From contig NIVC01002161.1 of NCBI GenBank assembly GCA_002269645.1, positions 1 through 64,000 of the forward strand: a DNA stretch of 64,000 nucleotides, read 5' to 3'. The translations under genes and the position numbers were made by a program. The stretch comes from Macrostomum lignano. Its lineage: Eukaryota. A model generated the notes under the pieces. That model was not told the DNA's origin and made no database searches. It saw only the letters and a list, made by a program, of their open reading frames with translations. This document shows, piece after piece, positions 57,643 through 64,000 of the stretch. Numbering within the stretch: position 1 is the stretch's first letter; every line of letters begins with the position of its first letter.

Positions 57643-60600
57643 CTGCAATGTGAATGGATAAAATAATTCTTTAAAGACAGTTATTTTTAAATAAAAAAGA
57701 TGTCAATTTCCTGAAAATCTTTTTACCTTCCCAAATTAAGCTGACTAGCTGATTTTAACAGCTGTTGATGAATGCTAGTCATGCTAGATCAGTTTTTAGT
57801 TAGCTACTTTATCAACCCAGTAGCTTTGGAGCAAGATCAGTGAGCTACCATTGAGACAAATCTGAAGTAAAAAGGGGTTTGAAACAAACTTTGAATTGTG
57901 TGTATTAAAATGAAAAATAAACTTTAAGAAACTAATACATGTAGGATGAAATAAATACACAGGAAACTTTGATTTAAAAAAATAGTCATTAAAACTTACA
58001 AATAGAGTAGCTATATATAACTATAAGCTTCATTGATAAAATAAAATGACATTTTCTTGTTTACTATTATATGTATAAATATATATGTAGGTATGGATCT
58101 AAAAAAATTAAATGGGGGGGGCTACTAAGGTACATATGCATGTATATTATGTACATGTATATATACACAAAATTGTGTATTTTCGATGCAAAAAAAATAA
58201 AATAAAATCTGACTCAATGTGTGCACCCTTGCTAAATCCACCACTTTATATATGAGTAAATTCTAATTCCATACAGACTTAACAAAAAATGATATTAAAT
58301 TCAATTGAAAAAGCTGACACCTCTTAATAATATTAAGCACTTCTATACCTATTAAGCTCTATATAATATCACAATAAAGTAAAAAATCAAATCATATCAT
58401 TACAAATCTATAAATTAAATAGTCAATTATTTCAACAATGTAAATGGTGCTTAGTACTTTAATGGCAATGTTATATCAAGTTTTTAGAGTAAACCGCCAG
58501 GTCAATATGACAATAGTAAGTAGTTTATTTATAGTAGTGATTGAATAATATTTCCAGACAGATCAAATTACTATTCTAAATTCAGCTAAAGTATGTACAT
58601 AGCATATTTTTTCACAGCCATCCATAAGTATAAAATGTTACGCAATTGAATAATGAATATTTGCAACAGAAAGAAGAATAGAAAATCAAAAATATTTTTC
58701 CCAGATGAATTTAGCTGCTTTGCATACATTACAAATGTCATTAGCCATTGCAAAATTAGTGACTCTAGTATCGTTGTGTTGTATCATAGGTCATATATTT
58801 TTGAGTCTAAGCATAAACTTCAATAGCTTAAAAATTGAGTGGGGAATTAAAGTAGAGTAGGCACAGGTAGAAAGAAATGTTGTTTTATCCAGTGAAGGCT
58901 AAGCCTAAGGCTGTGAAGCAATGGCATTGGCAGTGATGTTTAAGCAGTTAAAATATTTTTGAATAATTGAATTATTTGGATAACTATAAAGCATCCCTAA
59001 TTGATAAGACCACTCTATATCATTTACCACATCAATCACTATCACTAAGAATGATGTCATTGCCAGTCCCGGAATCAGAAAATTGTTGTAAAAAATAAAA
59101 TAGTTCGTAGAAAATAAATGATTTGAAATTCCCTACACGATAATATTCCAAGAAGTTTAAGTATTTTAACAACACAGGCTCATGCCCACAAGTCAATACT
59201 CTTATACTTAATTATTAATCATAGTTAAACTATAACAAAAGTCTGAGCAAAATTCTGAACAAAAATGCATCGAATCACTTTATGCGCTAATCACAATAAA
59301 AATTATAAGGCATCGAGAGCTTTTGCTGCGTCGAGAAAATTTTTAGGAGCTTGGCCTTTTTTTCTGTGGGCTCTACTTAAAGTAGGTAGTTCTGAATGAA
59401 GTTGCCATTTTTATATATATTCCTTTAACAATTTAAGAATAAATGTAAAAGTGCATGCTTTTGCAAGAGATATTTCTTTCGATGATCTCAGTGTTTCATT
59501 TTTTTGAGTTAATATCAAAAGTCACGCTTGCTTTGATAATATGCTTCCCGTTTTTGGGACTTGAGCTAAGATATTCAGTTTTCGAATCGAAATTTAAAAG
59601 TAATGGTAGTGTTGTCTGAATATACAGTACTATAGGTTTAAAGCATCGACGCGTCTTCAAATTTCTTTCGATTTACACACAAAAAATATTTATTTAAACC
59701 ACTATTTGTTTTAAGAAAAGGACTTGGATCATTAGGATTTTGACATTAAAGAAATTGGCGTGACAGTTCGTACTGTTTCATCTCATCGCTTTTAGTGTTT
59801 ACTTTATATTTCACAGCATCACGCATTACCATCTTATGAGCAGAAGCTGCAACTTGGGTCCACTGGCTTAGCACACGCCAATTACTATGCACAATACAGT
59901 TTATTTCTTACTGTTCAATTCGTTTTTGCATTGTGTTCGCAAACAGCAGCCAAACTTCAATGCTTGTGCCGGCCATTAGTTAGGGGCAGAGCATGCAATG
60001 TCAAACGAGACCGCGACCCCGTCATTATGGTAGCCAGTTGTGGGGCTGTCATGGCCACAGCCTTCATATAGCCCATAGAAAATGACAGGTGGCTGTAGAG
60101 TAAAGCCAGCTTAGCTTATTTTATTTGAAGCCGTCCGCATTCGCCACTTCCAAATTTGGCTGCTAAAAACTCAAACCAATTTGATATAAGACAATATACA
60201 ATATATTTGCAGCATTTCAGCACTTGCTCCTTTCTGACCCTGTCAAATACAATATGATAGAGATGTGCATGAGGGTATATACTCGTATGTACGAGTATAG
60301 CTTTTAGTTGAACGGGCGTCTTGCATGCAGTCTTGCAGACAGACAGAACTTTGTTATGGTTAATAGACAAATGCAAGTATATGGTGGGACCGAGGGCTTG
60401 TGTCGCATTATTCGAACTTGTAATTGTATTTTCGGCTTATCATGACTTGTAAAAATGATAATGGACGCAATAAATTGCAGGGACTGCAATAAAAAAGCAC
60501 AATTGGAGCAAAGACCACAGCAGCTGCATGAAGGGTGCAGTCAGAGAGCGAAATTCACGATGCGGTGCGTGCAGACTTTCTGTGCGTTTTCTAGACGAAC

Positions 60601-60710
60601 TCTTAAATAGCATGACAAGTTTATCATAAATTCAAAAAGTTTTAATAAGGCCAACTGCAACTGTCTCTTTGACCAAATCTGCGTCTGTGCAAATTCGAAC
60701 TCTGAACTCT

Positions 60711-60952
60711 GGGAGAATTCTGTCACTAATTGCCCAGACAGAAGTGGGAGAATTCTGTCACTAATTGCCCAGACAGAAGTGGGAGAATTCTGTCACTAAT
60801 TGCCCAGACAAAAGTGGGAGAATTCCGTCACTAATTGCCCAGACAAAAGTGGGAGAATTCCGTCACTAATTGCCCAGACAGAAGTGGGAGAATTCTGTCA
60901 CTAATTGCCCAGACAGAAGTGGGAGAATTCTGTCACTAATTGCCCAGACAGA
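60711..60952. repeat. 35-bp minisatellite x about 7
   Basis: Unit starts at 60711 and 60746. Confidence 0.95.
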
Positions 60953-61304
60953 GCTGTTGGTATATCCTTTGTCACAATGCCTCTTACCCGAACTCAGATC
61001 GCTTGAAATTCCTACATGCAAAAGCAGCAGTGCGGTGGTCTCATAAAGCAGATTCGGTGTGCCTGATAAGCCGGCTTAAAGAAGGTCAGAAGTATTCTTA
61101 GATAACAAGGCCCCGCGCCCATAACACTGAAAGCGTAGTGCACGCACGCAAGACTGAAATTTGAAATTCAGTAACTGCAATCACTGCAGCTAAAATGTGC
61201 AAACAGAAAACTTGATACTCAACTTCAAGACGGCGCTTGCTTAGAGTGCATTCAGACTGTGCCATGCAGTTTGTGCGATCGGTTATGCAGCTGATGCACC
61301 GTCT

Positions 61305-63645
61305 ACACTCACAGATTCACTCTCACAGATTCACTCTCACAGATTCACTCTCACAGATTCACTCTCAAAGATTCACTCTTACAGATTCACTCTCACAGAT
61401 TCGCACTAAAAGATTCACTCTCACAGATTCACTTTCACAGATTCACTCCAACAAAATCACTCTCACAGATTCACTCTCACAGATTCACTCTCAAAGATTC
61501 ACTCTCACAGATTCACTCCAACAGAATCACTCTCACAGATTCACTCTCACAGATTCGCTCTCAAAGATTCACTCTCACAGATTCACTCCAACAGAATCAC
61601 TCTCACAGATTCACTCTCACAGATTCACTCTCACAGGTTCACTCTCACAGATTCACTCTCACAGATTCACTCTCACAGATTTACTCTCAAGGAATCACTA
61701 GCACAGATTCGCACTAAAAGGTTCACTCTCACAGATTCACTCTCACAGATTCACTCTCACAGATTCACTTACTCAGAATCACTCTCACAGATTCACTCTC
61801 AAAGATTTACTCTCACAGATTCACTCTCACAGATTCACTCTCACAGATTCACTCTCACAGATTCACTCTCACAGATTCACTCTCACAGATTCACTCTCAC
61901 AGATTCACTCTTACAGATTCACTCTCACAGATTCACTCTCACAGATTCACTCTTACAGATTCACTCTCACAGATTCACTCTCACAGATTCACTATCACAG
62001 ATTCACTCTCACAGATTCACTCTCACAGATTCATTCTCACAGATTCACTCTCACAGATTCAATCTCACGGAATCACTAGCACAGATTCGCACTAAAAGAT
62101 TCACTCTCACAGATTCACTCTCACAGATTCACTCTTACAGATTCACTCTCACGGAATCACTCTCACAGATTCACTCCAACAGAATCACTCTCACAGATTC
62201 ACTCTCACAGATTCACTCTAACAGATTCACTCTCACAGATTCACTCTCACAGATTCACTCTCACAGATTCACTCTCACAGATTCACTCTCACAGATTCAC
62301 TCTCACGGAATCACTAGCACAGATTCGCACTAAAAGATTCACTCTCACAGATTCACTCTCACAGATTCACTCTTACAGATTCACTCTCACAGATTCACTC
62401 TCACAGATTCACTCCAACAGAATCACCCTCACAGATTCACTCTCACAGATTCACTCCAACAGAATCACCCTCACAGATTCACTCTCACAGATTCGCACTA
62501 AAAGATTCACTCTCACAGATTCACTTTCACAGATTCACTCCAACAAAATCACTCTCACAGATTCACTCTCAAAGATTCACTCTCACAGATTCACTCCAAC
62601 AGAATCACTCTCACAGATTCACTCTCACAGATTCACTCTCACAGGTTCACTCTCACAGGTTCACTCTCACAGATTTACTCTCACAGATTCACTCTCACAG
62701 ATTCACTCTCACAGATTCACTCTAACAGAATCACCCTCACAGATTCACTCTCAAAGATTTACTCTCACAGATTCACTCTCACAGATTCACTCTCACAGAT
62801 TCACTCTCACAGATTCACTCTCACAGATTCACTCTCACAGATTCACTCTCACAGATTCACTCTCACAGATTCACTCTCACAGATTCACTCTCACAGATTC
62901 ACTCTCACAGATTCACTCTCACAGATTCACTCTCACAGATTCACTCTCACAGATTCACTCTTACAGATTCACTCTCACAGATTCGCACTAAAAGATTCAC
63001 TCTCACAGATTCACTTTCACAGATTCACTCCAACAAAATCACTCTCACAGATTCACTCTCACAGATTCACTCTCAAAGATTCACTCTCAAAGATTCACTC
63101 TCACAGATTCACTCCAACAGAATCACTCTTACAGATTCACTCTCACAGATTCGCTCTCAAAGATTCACTCTCACAGATTCACTCCAACAAAATCACTCTC
63201 ACAGATTCACTCTCACAGATTCACTCTCACAGGTTCACTCTCACAGATTCACTCTCACAGATTCACTCTCACAGATTTACTCTCAAGGAATCACTAGCAC
63301 AGATTCGCACTAAAAGGTTCACTCTCACAAATTCACTCTCACAGATTCACTCTCACAGATTCACTCACTCAGAATCACTCTCACAGATTCACTCTCACAG
63401 ATTCACTCTCACAGATTCACTCTCACAGATTCACTCTCACAGATTCACTCTCACAGATTCACTCTCACAGATTCACTCTCACAGATTCACTCTTACAGAT
63501 TCACTCTCACAGATTTACTCTCACAGATTCACTCACTCAGAATCACTCTCACAGATTCACTCTCACGGAATCACTAGCACAGATTCGCACTAAAAGATTC
63601 ACTCTCACAGATTCACTCCAACAAAATCACTCTCACAGAATCACT
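61305..63645. repeat. 14-bp minisatellite (CAGATTCACTCTCA), about 2.3 kb with higher-order variant blocks
   Basis: Read directly. Confidence 0.97.
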
Positions 63646-63959
63646 CTTTACTTTCATTCAAAAGAACTCTGTCTATACTCAAAGGGCAAGTATTAAGCTT
63701 ACATTCACTCTTTCCCCAAGTAAAAAACAGAAAGCAACCCAAATGAAAGCCACGCACATCAGGACAAGCGAGAATTGTCCAATCTGCTGCTTTCAATCAA
63801 AGCCTTGGGGTTTCAGTTTACTTATTGACTTTGCGGTGCCGCAAAAGTTCTCCAACAGCTACTTAGTTCTAATCATGCGCATGTGAACTGCGAACTCCTG
63901 CATGTGCTTCCTTCATGAATGCCTTCTAATTGTGGGATAAGTTCTCTGACCTGCTGGGA

Positions 63960-63960
<1 letters not shown>

Positions 63961-63994
<34 letters not shown>

Positions 63995-64000
63995 TTCTCT
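63961..64000. repeat. (CT)n microsatellite
   Basis: Read directly at the window end. Confidence 0.9.

Overview
Eukaryotic, repeat-rich animal DNA with GC/CpG-rich exons and introns packed with minisatellites. The style resembles the flatworm Macrostomum lignano (inference only). Three conserved multi-exon genes were reconstructed by hand with phase-consistent splice sites: NOP9 (+, 8 exons, 17364-24968), an ArfGAP2/3 (Glo3-type) gene (-, 8 exons, 52157-29658, with a 16.4 kb first intron), and an MMD/MMD2 (PAQR10/11) gene (-, 5 exons located at 57642-55194, one GC-AG intron, first exon uncertain). Also present: a single-exon LRFamide neuropeptide precursor (2492-2725); a convergent pair of intronless secreted PAN-like genes (PAN + C-type lectin, frameshifted; PAN + LamG/ConA-like, with an in-frame TGA at an expected Cys position); and a weak LSm11-like remnant. 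Mobile DNA includes Gypsy remnants, two tRNA-derived SINE families, a foldback/MITE-like element and, nested in ArfGAP intron 1, a THAP/P-like remnant, a Crypton-like tyrosine recombinase, an unknown decayed ORF and a hAT element with TIRs. Most long ORFs in the supplied track are tandem-repeat artefacts. No rRNA, bona fide tRNA or CRISPR array was found.
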